NCBI GenBank assembly: GCA_023954745.1
Contig: JAGSHC010000001.1
Span: 14,356 to 78,355 of the forward strand
Direction of reading: 5' to 3'
Origin: Deltaproteobacteria bacterium
GTDB taxonomy: Bacteria; Myxococcota_A; UBA796; UBA9615
DNA: 64,000 nt
In this document: piece by piece, positions 21,639 through 31,186 of the stretch
How positions within the stretch are numbered: position 1 is the first letter of the stretch
Layout: each line of letters begins with the position of its first letter
Program-made: the position numbers and the translations under genes
The notes under the pieces: model-generated
What the model was told of the DNA's origin: nothing
The model's database searches: none
The model's input: the letters and a program-made list of their open reading frames with translations, nothing else

Positions 21639-24245
21639 ATGACCTCGACAGATTTCGCTTACTCCGTCATCGGTACAAACATCGAAGACGAGATGCGGTC
21701 CAGCTACCTGGACTACTCCATGTCGGTAATCGTGGGACGCGCTCTGCCGTCCGCGCGAGACGGGCTCAAGCCCGTGCACCGACGCATCCTCTACGCGATG
21801 TTCCGCGAGGGGTTGCTGAGCAATCGCCGCTACAGCAAGTGCGCTGGTGTCGTCGGTGAAGTGCTCAAGAAGTACCACCCCCACGGCGACTCGGCGGTCT
21901 ATGACGCCCTGGTGCGCATGGCGCAGCCGTGGAACCTGAGGTATCCGCTCGTCGATGGTCAGGGGAACTTCGGCTCCGTCGATGGCGACTCGGCCGCTGC
22001 GTATCGGTACACCGAGTGCCGGATGACGCGCCTCGCTGAGGACCTGCTCACCGACATCGACAAGGACACGGTCGACTTCACGCCGAACTTCGACGGAACG
22101 GTGCAAGAGCCCCTCGTGCTCCCCACCCGGGTCCCGAACCTGCTGATCAATGGTGCTTCGGGCATCGCCGTCGGCATGGCGACGAACATCGCTCCGCACA
22201 ATCTGCGGGAGATCGTCGACGCGACCATCGCGGTCATCGAGAACCCGGAGATCACGGCGGATGAGCTCCTGGAGATCGTTCCGGGGCCCGACTTCCCCAC
22301 CGGTGGCCTGATCTACGGACACGGTCCGTGCATTGAGGCATCGAAGACCGGGCGTGGCCGCGTGATCATGCGGGGCGTCGCGGAGGTCGAGAAGGACGAC
22401 CGCGGTGACGACAAGGCGATCATCATCACCGAGATTCCCTACCAGGTGAACAAGTCCCGTCTCGTCGAGACCATCGCCAACCTGGTGCGGCACAAGAAGG
22501 TCGACGGCATTCGCGACATCCGCGACGAGTCCGACCGCACCGGCATGCGGGTGGTGGTCGAGCTCAAGCGCGACGCCATCGGGCAGGTCGTCCTGAACCT
22601 GCTCTACAAGCACACGGCGCTTCAGAGCACGTTTGGGGTCATCAACCTCGCGCTCGTCGACCGACGCCCGCAGGTTTTGTCGCTCAAGGAGCTGCTCAGC
22701 GAGTTCGTGGCCCACCGCAAGGAGGTCACGATTCGTCGCTGCCGGTTCGAGCTGGCCCAGGCCGAGGCTCGCGCCCACGTCCTCGAGGGGTACCTCAAGG
22801 CCCTGGACCACATCGACGAGATCATCCGGATCATCCGGGCCTCGGCGAACACCGAGGAGGCGCGGAACTCCCTCATCAGTCGCTTCGAGTTCACCCACGT
22901 CCAGGCCCAGGCCATCCTCGACATGCGCCTCGCCCGGCTCACCGCTCTCGAGCGCGAGAAGCTGGAGCAGGAACTTGCGGATGTGAACCAGAAGATCGAG
23001 CGCCTGCGCAGCATTCTCAGCAGCGAGGCCCTGATCTTCGAAGTGATCAAGGGCGAACTCGGCGAGATTCGGGAGCGCTACGGCGACGACCGACGCACCA
23101 AGATCATCGCCGCGTCGGCTGACCTCTCCATCGAGGACCTCATCCCCGACGAGGAGGTGGCGGTCACGCTCTCCAGCCTCGGCTACGTCAAGCGCACTCC
23201 TCTTCGTGAGTACGAGGCTCAGCGCCGCGGTGGCAAGGGCAAGCGCGGCATGAGCACGCGCGACGAGGACTTCGTGCGCGACCTGTTCGTGGCGTCGACC
23301 CACGACAGGCTCATGGTCTTCACGCGCCTGGGGCAGGTCTATCTGCTGCCTGTGTACAACGTTCCGGAGGGCGGTCGCGCAGCGCGCGGACGTCCGATCA
23401 TCAACCTCGTCCCGATGAACGGCGAGGATGAGGTCGCAGGGGTGTTGGCGATTCGCGAGTTCGATCAGCGCTCGGTGGCCATGGTCACCCGGGGCGGCAA
23501 GATCAAGCGCACCAACCTCGAGCGCTACAAGAACATCCGTTCCAACGGGATCATCGCGTGCGGCCTCGAAGAGGGCGACGAGGTCCTCACGATTGGTCTC
23601 ATCGACAAGGAGGGCGCCTCGCTGCTCCTCTCCACATCGGACGGCAAGTCCATCCACTTCCTGGCCGACCAGGCTCGGGAGATGGGCCGCGGAGCCCGCG
23701 GGGTGCGAGGCATCACGCTGGTGGCCGACGACCGGCTCGTGGGCATGGAGGTCGTGGACCCGGGAATCCCGGAGCCCACCATCGACGAGTCCCGTCGTCT
23801 CCAGGAGGGGATGGCGCTGCTGACCCTCACGGAGAACGGCTTCGGCAAGCTCACGCCTCTCTCGGAGTACCGGAAGCAGAACCGTGGCGGCATCGGCCTC
23901 ATCGACATCAAGACGATGGGACGCAACGGCCCGGTCGTGGGTTCTGCTCTCGTGTCATCCAACGACGAGGTCATGATCATCACCGACGGCGGCAAGCTGA
24001 TTCGCACCCGCGTGGGCGAGGTCAGCGTCATCGGCCGGAACACCCAGGGTGTGATGCTGATCCGTCTCGACGACAACGAGAAGGTGGTTGCCTTCCAGCG
24101 GGTCGGCGAGACCCCGGAGTCGGATGACGCCGAGGCCGCCGGTGAAGCAGAGACTGTGGACGGCGAGGCTGAGGCGACTGCCGAGGCTCCCGCTGCCGAG
24201 GCTTCCGCCGCGGACGAGACTGCCGGCGACGGGGACGACTCGTAG
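21639..24245 (+). CDS. gyrA: DNA gyrase subunit A
   Basis: 868 aa. It has the N-terminal catalytic region (...[26 protein letters not shown]...), the active-site Tyr region [12 protein letters not shown] and the beta-pinwheel C-terminal domain plus an acidic tail. A low-GC promoter-like stretch lies upstream (21540-21638). Confidence 0.97.
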   Translation: MTSTDFAYSVIGTNIEDEMRSSYLDYSMSVIVGRALPSARDGLKPVHRRILYAMFREGLLSNRRYSKCAGVVGEVLKKYHPHGDSAVYDALVRMAQPWNLRYPLVDGQGNFGSVDGDSAAAYRYTECRMTRLAEDLLTDIDKDTVDFTPNFDGTVQEPLVLPTRVPNLLINGASGIAVGMATNIAPHNLREIVDATIAVIENPEITADELLEIVPGPDFPTGGLIYGHGPCIEASKTGRGRVIMRGVAEVEKDDRGDDKAIIITEIPYQVNKSRLVETIANLVRHKKVDGIRDIRDESDRTGMRVVVELKRDAIGQVVLNLLYKHTALQSTFGVINLALVDRRPQVLSLKELLSEFVAHRKEVTIRRCRFELAQAEARAHVLEGYLKALDHIDEIIRIIRASANTEEARNSLISRFEFTHVQAQAILDMRLARLTALEREKLEQELADVNQKIERLRSILSSEALIFEVIKGELGEIRERYGDDRRTKIIAASADLSIEDLIPDEEVAVTLSSLGYVKRTPLREYEAQRRGGKGKRGMSTRDEDFVRDLFVASTHDRLMVFTRLGQVYLLPVYNVPEGGRAARGRPIINLVPMNGEDEVAGVLAIREFDQRSVAMVTRGGKIKRTNLERYKNIRSNGIIACGLEEGDEVLTIGLIDKEGASLLLSTSDGKSIHFLADQAREMGRGARGVRGITLVADDRLVGMEVVDPGIPEPTIDESRRLQEGMALLTLTENGFGKLTPLSEYRKQNRGGIGLIDIKTMGRNGPVVGSALVSSNDEVMIITDGGKLIRTRVGEVSVIGRNTQGVMLIRLDDNEKVVAFQRVGETPESDDAEAAGEAETVDGEAEATAEAPAAEASAADETAGDGDDS

Positions 24246-24250
24246 CCACC

Positions 24251-25078
24251 ATGCGCCTCGCCCTCTTCCTTGTGGGCGCGGGCCTGGTCCTCGGTGCGTG
24301 CAAGGAAGACCCAGGCACCGTCGCGGTGCGCGAGGCCGACCGTCTGTATCGAGAGCAGAGCTGGGAGGCGGCTGCCGTCGCCTATGCGGCGTTGCCAGAA
24401 ACCAGCGGCGACTGGAAGGGCTACGGCGCCTGGCGCGCTGGCGTCATCTACCGGGACCCCCTGGGGGACCCGCGCCGCGCGACCTTGCAGTTCACGCTGT
24501 GCGCTCGCGAGTACGCCGAGACGTCCACCTGGGGGTACACGTGCCTCGTGGAACTTGGCGACCTGGCTCGGGACGAGGGAAACCCGCGCGGTGCCATCGA
24601 CTCCTATCGGAAGTCGCTCGAGCTGAGGCCCTCGGGCCAGTGGTCGGAGCACTGCCTGTTCGAGTCGGGGCGCGCCTACCAGGAGATCGGTGAGTACGAG
24701 CAGAGCCGCAAGGAGTGGACTGAGCTGCTCTCACGATTCGAGCGCAGCACGCGAGCCGCCGTAGTGATGCTGGCTATCGCCCGGAGCTTCGATCTTCAGG
24801 GGCAGGGCAAAGAGGCCCGGCGAGCTTTTCGCGCTGTGCACCGCACCTATCCCAAGCACTCCGTCGCGCCCCTGGCCATCTTCGGGGAGGCCGAGGTGCT
24901 GGAGCAGATGGGTGAGTTCGAGACCGCCCTCAAACTGTACGAGAAGGTGCAGACGTCCCACCCCAACCCCCAGGTCGTCACCCAGAAGATGGACGCCCTC
25001 CGCGAGCGCCGGCAGCGCCGCGACGTGGACACCGGCGCCGGTGAGGTGCGGGACAGCGGGCGGAAGTACCGGCGGTAG
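24251..25078 (+). CDS. TPR-repeat lipoprotein
   Basis: 275 aa with signal peptide/lipobox MRLALFLVGAGLVLGAC and several TPR-like helical repeats (...AIDSYRKSLEL..., ...ALKLYEKVQTSHP...). It starts 6 bp after the gyrA stop. Confidence 0.6.
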   Translation: MRLALFLVGAGLVLGACKEDPGTVAVREADRLYREQSWEAAAVAYAALPETSGDWKGYGAWRAGVIYRDPLGDPRRATLQFTLCAREYAETSTWGYTCLVELGDLARDEGNPRGAIDSYRKSLELRPSGQWSEHCLFESGRAYQEIGEYEQSRKEWTELLSRFERSTRAAVVMLAIARSFDLQGQGKEARRAFRAVHRTYPKHSVAPLAIFGEAEVLEQMGEFETALKLYEKVQTSHPNPQVVTQKMDALRERRQRRDVDTGAGEVRDSGRKYRR

Positions 25079-25080
25079 GG

Positions 25081-26544
25081 CTACCGCGCGCCGTGGACGG
25101 CGAGTACGTGGCAGATGCAGGACGTGAGCTTCTTCGCGTAGGGCACGTGCAGGAACTCGTTGGGTCCGTGGGCGTTGCTGTTGGGGCCGAGGACTCCGGT
25201 CACCACGAACTGGGCGTCGGGGAACTTGTCGTTGAGCATCGCCATGAACGGGATGGTGCCGCCCTCGCCCATGTGCAGGCACGGCTTGCCGTAGAAGGTC
25301 TCGCTCGCAGCGTCCAGGGTCTCCTCCAGCCAGCCCGCCAGTGGCGGCGCGTTCCAGCCCGTGGCGGCGTCCCCGAAGTCTGCGCGCACGTCCGCGTCGT
25401 AGGGCACGTCCGTCGTGAAGAGCTCGGTGAGCACCCCCGCTGCGTCGCCGGCGCTCACGGTGGGAGGCAGGCGAAGCGAGAGCTTCAGCCTCGTGTGGGG
25501 CCGCAGGACGCTGCCCGCAGAGCTCGTCGGAGGCACGCCGTCGATGCCCGTGATGGAGAGCGCGGGGCGCCAGGTTCGGTTCAGGACGCACTCCGCCGGG
25601 GTGGTGTCGGTGGGCTGCATGCCCCCGGCCCAGGGAAACCGCTTGTAGACGTCCTCACCCAGCGAGCTGCTGGACCGCTCGGCCTGGCGGCGCCGGTCCT
25701 CGGGAATGTCGGCCCAGAGCGACTCGGGCAGCACGCGCCCCGTCTCAGGGTCCTCGAGGCGGGACAGCAACTGACGCGCCACCCGGAAGCTGCTCGGCAC
25801 GACTCCGCTGGCGTCGCCGCTGTGCACACCTTCGCGCAGCACGTGCACGTCCAGGGTTCCGCCGATGAGCCCGCGCAGCGACGTGGTGCTCCACATCTGC
25901 TCGTAGTTGCCCGCGCCGCTGTCGAGGCAGACGACGAGGTCAGGAGTGCCGATCAAGTCCTTGTAGTGGTCCACGTACGCGGGGAGGTCGGGGGAGCCGG
26001 ACTCTTCACTGAACTCAATCATGAGCACCACGCGCGACCGGGCCACGCCCTGCTCACCGAGGGCGAGGAGCGAGCACACCGACGCGAAGAGCGCGTAGCC
26101 ATCGTCGGCACCGCCGCGGCCGTACAGCTTCCCGTCCTCGTACTTCGGGATCCAGGGCCCCAGGTCCTCGCGCCACCCGGTCATCTCGGGCTGCTTGTCG
26201 AGGTGGCCGTACATGAGGATGGTGCCTTCCGCCCCGCCGGTGGCGGGGACATCGACGAGGATCATCGGCGTGCGCCCAGGCAGGCGACCCACCTTGACCT
26301 CCATGCCGGGCACCGGGTGCTCCTCGAGCCACGCCAGCGCCAGCTGCAGCGCCTGCTCCATGAAGCCGTTCGCCTCCCAGTCCGCGTCAAAGGCCGGGGA
26401 CTTGTTGGGGATGGTGATGTACTCGGTGATCGTGGGCACGATGTGCTCGTCCCAGAAGGCGTTCACGAAGTCGGCGGTGGTCTTTGAGTCGATCAAGGCT
26501 GCCTCTCGGTGGGGGGCGGGTTTGCCGCGGAGGGCGCAGAGCAT
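25081..26544 (-). CDS. M20-family metallopeptidase (dipeptidase-like)
   Basis: 487 aa with the M20 metal-ligand motifs (...LMYGHLDKQP..., ...GRGGADDGYA..., EFSEESGSPDL, and a C-terminal His). The exact start is uncertain. Confidence 0.8.
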   Translation of the reverse strand: MLCALRGKPAPHREAALIDSKTTADFVNAFWDEHIVPTITEYITIPNKSPAFDADWEANGFMEQALQLALAWLEEHPVPGMEVKVGRLPGRTPMILVDVPATGGAEGTILMYGHLDKQPEMTGWREDLGPWIPKYEDGKLYGRGGADDGYALFASVCSLLALGEQGVARSRVVLMIEFSEESGSPDLPAYVDHYKDLIGTPDLVVCLDSGAGNYEQMWSTTSLRGLIGGTLDVHVLREGVHSGDASGVVPSSFRVARQLLSRLEDPETGRVLPESLWADIPEDRRRQAERSSSSLGEDVYKRFPWAGGMQPTDTTPAECVLNRTWRPALSITGIDGVPPTSSAGSVLRPHTRLKLSLRLPPTVSAGDAAGVLTELFTTDVPYDADVRADFGDAATGWNAPPLAGWLEETLDAASETFYGKPCLHMGEGGTIPFMAMLNDKFPDAQFVVTGVLGPNSNAHGPNEFLHVPYAKKLTSCICHVLAVHGAR

Positions 26545-26670
26545 AACTGCGCTGCTGAACCCGGGCAGCCGCTCAACCGGGCCTTGGTAGTCTCATCTCG
26601 ACGAGGGAGGGAATCGGACCTGCAGACAGCGCAACCAGACGCAGTTGGGACGGCGACACCGGCGGCCACC

Positions 26671-27186
26671 GTGGCTCGACACCGGGCGCCTCGCCTCGCC
26701 GACCTGCTCGCTGCTCTGGAGCACGACGAGCACGCGGTCACCGGCGCGATCTGCGAGGCCTATGGCGCCGGTGACGTCCGACGCGCGCGTCGCGGCCTTC
26801 TCGCCCACCACCGCAAGGAGCCGTTCCCGCCTCGCAAGGAACGCATTGGACTCGCGCTGCGGGACCTTCGGCTGTGGGTCGAGCCGGCCGAGGACCCAGC
26901 AGCCACAAGCATGAGCGGCATCGGAAGCGGCTGGTTCGGGCGTCATCAGCCTCGCCCCGACGGCTCCTCCATCGCCACCCTCTGGGCCACCGTGCTCGGG
27001 CTCCCCTTCTATCCCCTCGGCGCCTACCTCGTGAGCCGCGCCGGCCGCTCCGTCACCGTGCATGGACGCGTTCCCCTGCCGTCCAGGGCGCGTCTGGCGC
27101 GCAGCGCGGCCTGGGTCATCGGGTCGGTTGCCCTGCTGTCCCTGGTGCCCGGCGTGCTCCGCCAGTTGGGCGTCGTCGCCCGGTGA
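26671..27186 (+). CDS. Hypothetical small membrane protein (two C-terminal TM helices)
   Basis: The frame of track ORF 26509..27186 was used. A GTG at 26671 or the ATG at 26911 (MSGIGSGWFG...) are possible starts. Predicted TM segments are IATLWATVLGLPFYPLGAYLV and AAWVIGSVALLSLVPGVL. Its stop overlaps the next gene's start (GTGA). Confidence 0.35.
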   Translation: MARHRAPRLADLLAALEHDEHAVTGAICEAYGAGDVRRARRGLLAHHRKEPFPPRKERIGLALRDLRLWVEPAEDPAATSMSGIGSGWFGRHQPRPDGSSIATLWATVLGLPFYPLGAYLVSRAGRSVTVHGRVPLPSRARLARSAAWVIGSVALLSLVPGVLRQLGVVAR

Positions 27187-28235
27187 GACCCTCGTCGCCC
27201 GAGGTCCTTCGCTTCGCGGTCTGCACCTTCGACCGTGTCTTCGACACCGACCCGAAGCAGGAGACTCTCACCCTTCCCCAGCTGGTCACGGCGCTTCTGC
27301 GCTTCGAGTTGAAGCCCGAGCTGCTGGTGCGCGTCGACCGCACCCTGGGGCAGATCGAGCGGGCTTGGGAGGCCTGGGAGGCTGGCTCGTATCGCTCGGG
27401 AAAGCAGTACGGCGTTCTGCGCAAGGCGGCGGATACGGCGAAGCGGGACGGGAAGGACGCCAACGAGGCCGCCCGGGTCGCCTACGAGCACCTCAAGACC
27501 GACGCCCGTGGCGCGCCGAAGCGGGACCTTCGTCTGTGGGCGCCCACGCTGTATCGCCCGGGGGGGCGTCGCACCCGTGACGACGTCGTGCATCTCTCCT
27601 GCCTGGTGCTCGACTACGACAAGGGTCTGGCCTTCGACGAAGCCCAGGCTCCGTGGCTGGACTGGTTTCACATCGCGCACAGCACGTGGTCGCACACGCC
27701 CGAGAAGCCGAAGTTCAGGATCATCCTGCCGCTGGCGGGCCCCGTCGCTGCGAGCGAGTGGCGCACGGTGTGGGACTGGGCCTTCGGGATCACGGGAGAC
27801 TGGATCGACCACGCCATGAAGGGCATCGCGGTGACCTTTGCGTTGCCCAGCTCACCGAGTCACGACGCAGTGAAGATCGCCGTGCTCAACGATCAGGCTC
27901 CCCTTCTCGATCCGGTCGCCGAGGGCATCGTGCGGCGCTTCGCGGACATGCCGCCCATCGTCTCGGAGATCGATCGCCCGGCATCGCACTTCAACGGAGG
28001 AGTGCAAGGACACACCTACCAGGAATTGGCGCCCATCCAGCCCATCGAGGAGCCGCCGGACACCTTGGATGTGAGCGGCGAGTGGGAGGTGGCGAGAGAG
28101 CCCGACCCTCTCACTGCGGCCCGCGAAGCCGTCCGCCCGGAGCCTCCTGCGCCTGCGCCTTCGGAGCCGCGGGAGGAGGAGCCCGCCTGGGACGAACGCA
28201 GCGATGAGTGGGAGACCCTCTTCGACGACCTGTAG
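27184..28235 (+). CDS. Hypothetical protein with AEP (archaeo-eukaryotic primase) Prim-Pol-like motifs and an acidic C-terminal tail
   Basis: GTG start (VRPSSPEVLRFAVC...). Motif I-like LVLDYD (hhhDhD), motif II-like HIAHSTWSH (sxH) ~30 aa later, then KFRIILPLAG and GDWIDH (motif III-like Asp) ~34 aa later. This order and spacing match pRN1/BT4734-type Prim-Pol domains. The C-terminus is EPREEEPAWDERSDEWETLFDDL. Confidence 0.5.
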
Positions 28236-28273
28236 AGCCTGGGGCGCGGGCCCGAGGCCCAGCCAGTCGTTGC

Positions 28274-28999
28274 CTACTCCTGCTTGCGCTCGGCCCAGAG
28301 CGCCAGCATCTCAATCACGGTCTTGGCGATGACCGAGGGCCGCCCCCCCTTGGCGGAGCCGCCCTGCCGCGGTCGGTAGACCGAGGGCACCTCGACGACG
28401 CGGCCCCCGCTGGCGCGGCATCGCACCAGGATCTCCTCCAGGAAGAACACCCCTCGGGACTTGGGCTCGATCCACTCGAAGATCTCCGTGCGCCACAGGT
28501 GCACCCAGTTGACGTCCTGGAACTGGTGGTCGAAGAGCGAGTTGCACAGCTGGAGGAACACGAACGAGCTGGCCCGGCGATAGAGCGTGTAGTCGTCCCG
28601 GGACAGCCGATGCCCGATGACGATGTCGGCGCCTTCTTCGGCGGCCGCGACGTACATGGGGATCTCGCCGTGGTCGAACTGTCCGTCGGCGGGGACGTAG
28701 ATGACGTACTTGCCGCGCCCGGCCTGAATCCCTGTCCAGATGGCCTGCCCGGACCCCTGATTCGTCCGGTGCTTGAGCAGGCCGACGCGGTGTTCCTTGT
28801 CGGCGTAGCGCGTGGTGATGGCCGCGGACGCGTCCCGGGAGCCGTCATCGACGACCAGCACCTCCCAAGTGAACGGAGCCTCCTTCAACACGCCACAGAG
28901 CTCGTCGAGCGTGGGCTCGAGAGTCTCCTCCTCGTTGAAACAGGGGACGACCACCGTGACCAGCGGTGCGTCCTCCTCACTGGCTGCGGGGTGGGTCAT
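28274..28999 (-). CDS. Family 2 glycosyltransferase (DPM1/GtrB-like)
   Basis: An internal ATG gives MTHPAASEEDAPLVTVVVPCFNEEETLEPTLDEL...VVDDGSRD (GT-A fold with a DxD-type motif). The start overlaps the upstream gene's stop (ATGA). Confidence 0.85.
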   Translation of the reverse strand: MTHPAASEEDAPLVTVVVPCFNEEETLEPTLDELCGVLKEAPFTWEVLVVDDGSRDASAAITTRYADKEHRVGLLKHRTNQGSGQAIWTGIQAGRGKYVIYVPADGQFDHGEIPMYVAAAEEGADIVIGHRLSRDDYTLYRRASSFVFLQLCNSLFDHQFQDVNWVHLWRTEIFEWIEPKSRGVFFLEEILVRCRASGGRVVEVPSVYRPRQGGSAKGGRPSVIAKTVIEMLALWAERKQE

Positions 29000-30744
29000 T
29001 TGAGGGGCTTCCTCAGCACGCAAGGCCCAAGCACCAGACGGTCGAGACCCGTGCTCGCCCAGCAACGAATTGCGTCGTCGGGGGTGCCCACGATGGGCTC
29101 ACCGCGCACGTTGAACGACGTGTTCAGCACCACGGGAACGCCGGTGATGCGCCCAAACTCCGTGATGAGTTGGTGGTACAGCGCATCGCTCTCGGTGCTG
29201 ACGGTCTGAAGTCGCGCGGAGCCGTCGACGTGGGTGACGGCCGCGAGTCTCTCTCTCGCGTCGGCCTTCACCGGATGCACCTTCTGCATGGACGGCACGC
29301 AGTGGTCGCTCGTGCGCCGCTGTGGCAGGTCGAAGAACTCGCCGGCAGCCTCGACGGCCACCGATGGGGCGAAGGGACGGAAGGGCTCGCGAAACTTCAC
29401 TCGTGCGTTGAGCACGTCCTTGTTCTCGGCGCTGCGGGGGTCCGCGAGGATCGAACGCGAGCCCAAGGCGCGCATGCCGAACTCGGCGCGACCCTGGAAC
29501 CACCCCACCAGCTCTCCGTCGGCGAGGGCAGCGGCGGTGTCGGCGGCGATGTCGTCGGGCTCGTCCCAACTCCAACCACCGCGGCGCAGCGCATCTCGGC
29601 ACTCCTCTGCGCTGAACGAGGGTCCAAAGCGATCGTTGGGCCACTCGTGGCGGGCGCCTTCACCCTCGAGCATGTGCCACACGTGCAGCGCGGCTCCAGC
29701 GGCGGTGCCTCCATCGCCGGCCGAGGGCTGAACCCAGAGGTCTGCGAACGGCCCCTCACGCTCCAGCCGGCCGTTGGCTGCGGAGTTCATGGCGACCCCT
29801 CCGGCCATCACGAGGGAATCGAGACCCGTCCTTGCGTGCAGGCGTCGGGCGAGCCCGAGGAGCGCCTCCTCGGTGACCGACTGCATGGCGAAGGCCACGG
29901 CCTTGTGGGCCTCGTTGTGGGGGATGTCGCGCTGAGCGGGGGGACCGAACTCCTCGAGGAAGCGCGCCCCCACGCGGTCTGCGGTGTCCAGGGTGTAGGC
30001 GAACCAGCTCTGATCGATGGAGTACGGCAGCCCGTCACCGCTGCTGTCGATGCCGAGAATCTCCCGGAAGCGCTGCACGAAGCGCTCATCGCCGTAGGGC
30101 GCGAGTCCCATGACCTTGCCTTCGCCGTTGTTGGCTCGAAAGCCGAGCCAGGTCGTCACCGCTGCGTAGACGGAGCCCAGCGACTGCGGGAAGACGAGCT
30201 CCTCGACCGACTCGTAGGAGTAGGCGTCCCCATCCCGGCGAAAGGCGCCCAGGGTGGTGGCGGCGCGCTCCCCGTATCCATCGACCGTCAGGACCGCGGC
30301 TTCCTCGAAGGGAGAGGGGAAGAACGCGGCGGCGGCGTGGGTGCGGTGGTGGGTCACGTAGTGGATGACGAGCGGCTCGCGGCCCTCGAGGTGGATGGTC
30401 TGGGTCGTGTGCCCGGACCGGATGCCGCCCAAGGGACCTCGCAGGGCGCCCAACAACCACGCCGGGGCCATGTGCAGATAGTCGCCGTGGTGGCGGTACG
30501 TGCGGGCTCTCCCTCCCTGGGGGAAGTCGAGCTGGATGGCGGGGTTCCAGAAGAACGCGATGGAGTCGACGTCCATCAGGGACGTGCCAGCCTCTCGCAA
30601 GCAGTAGTCGATGGCGGCTGAGGGCCAGGCGCGGTCGTGCTTGATGCGGGAGAAGCGCTCCTCGAGGGCCGCAGCGACGGTGCGCCCGTCGCGGATCAGC
30701 GCCGCGGAGGTGTCGATGCCAAAACTGATCCCGAGAATGTCCAC
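28996..30744 (-). CDS. Carbamoyltransferase (NodU/CmcH family)
   Basis: 582 aa. The N-terminal Kae1/YgjD-like ASKHA fold starts MDILGISFGIDTSAALIRDG and the C-terminal carbamoyltransferase domain reads ...VLNTSFNVRGEPIV... Confidence 0.85.
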   Translation of the reverse strand: MDILGISFGIDTSAALIRDGRTVAAALEERFSRIKHDRAWPSAAIDYCLREAGTSLMDVDSIAFFWNPAIQLDFPQGGRARTYRHHGDYLHMAPAWLLGALRGPLGGIRSGHTTQTIHLEGREPLVIHYVTHHRTHAAAAFFPSPFEEAAVLTVDGYGERAATTLGAFRRDGDAYSYESVEELVFPQSLGSVYAAVTTWLGFRANNGEGKVMGLAPYGDERFVQRFREILGIDSSGDGLPYSIDQSWFAYTLDTADRVGARFLEEFGPPAQRDIPHNEAHKAVAFAMQSVTEEALLGLARRLHARTGLDSLVMAGGVAMNSAANGRLEREGPFADLWVQPSAGDGGTAAGAALHVWHMLEGEGARHEWPNDRFGPSFSAEECRDALRRGGWSWDEPDDIAADTAAALADGELVGWFQGRAEFGMRALGSRSILADPRSAENKDVLNARVKFREPFRPFAPSVAVEAAGEFFDLPQRRTSDHCVPSMQKVHPVKADARERLAAVTHVDGSARLQTVSTESDALYHQLITEFGRITGVPVVLNTSFNVRGEPIVGTPDDAIRCWASTGLDRLVLGPCVLRKPLK

Positions 30745-30753
30745 GAAGAGAGG

Positions 30754-31040
30754 CTACCCGTCGAACGTGTCGCAGGCGGCGACGGAGCCCGTCTTGAGGC
30801 CGGTGGTGAACCACTGCGCCCGCTGTTTCGCGCTGCCGTGGGTGAAGCTCTCGGGGGTCACGCGCCGCCCTGCGTTGCGCTGCAAGGTGTCGTCGCCGAT
30901 GGCGGTGGCGGCTCGCAGAACACGATGAGTTCGAGCACGACGCCCACGCCACCGATCCCGCCGACGGCCTTGCGCCCGCCACCGCTGCGGCCTCGCCGAT
31001 CCTCGACGTGGGTACTGCGTCGTCCCTTTTCCCAGCGCAT
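30754..31040 (-). pseudogene. ypfJ: Remnant of a YpfJ-family zinc metallopeptidase gene (internal deletion plus frameshift)
   Basis: One frame gives the N-terminus MRWEKGRRSTHVEDRRGRSGGG...VGVVLELIVF (compare E. coli YpfJ MRWQGRRESDNVEDRR... plus TM helix). A second frame gives the C-terminus AIGDDTLQRNAGRRVTPESFTHGSAKQRAQWFTTGLKTGSVAACDTF (compare ...AIGDDRLQ...RVVPDSFTHGTSQQRYSWF...CNTF). Only ~95 codons remain of ~290, and the HExxH core is absent. Confidence 0.55.
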
Positions 31041-31186
31041 CGCGCCCTCCTGTGGTCTGCCCCGAGACGAAAGAATGGCCGATCCGGCGCCCCGTCGTTG
31101 TCGTGACGATCGCTCGGATCCTTCGATCACCCTGGCGCGGGGAGCCCGTCTCGACAAACATGCGCCCGCACTCGTGGAGGCAAGCG

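Noticed and set aside
26509-28235. Integrated phage or plasmid remnant explanation for the Prim-Pol-like gene
   Set aside because: No integrase, transposase, tRNA, direct-repeat att sites or other mobile-element genes are nearby. GC content and codon style match the surroundings, so a native (possibly ancient) gene is more parsimonious.
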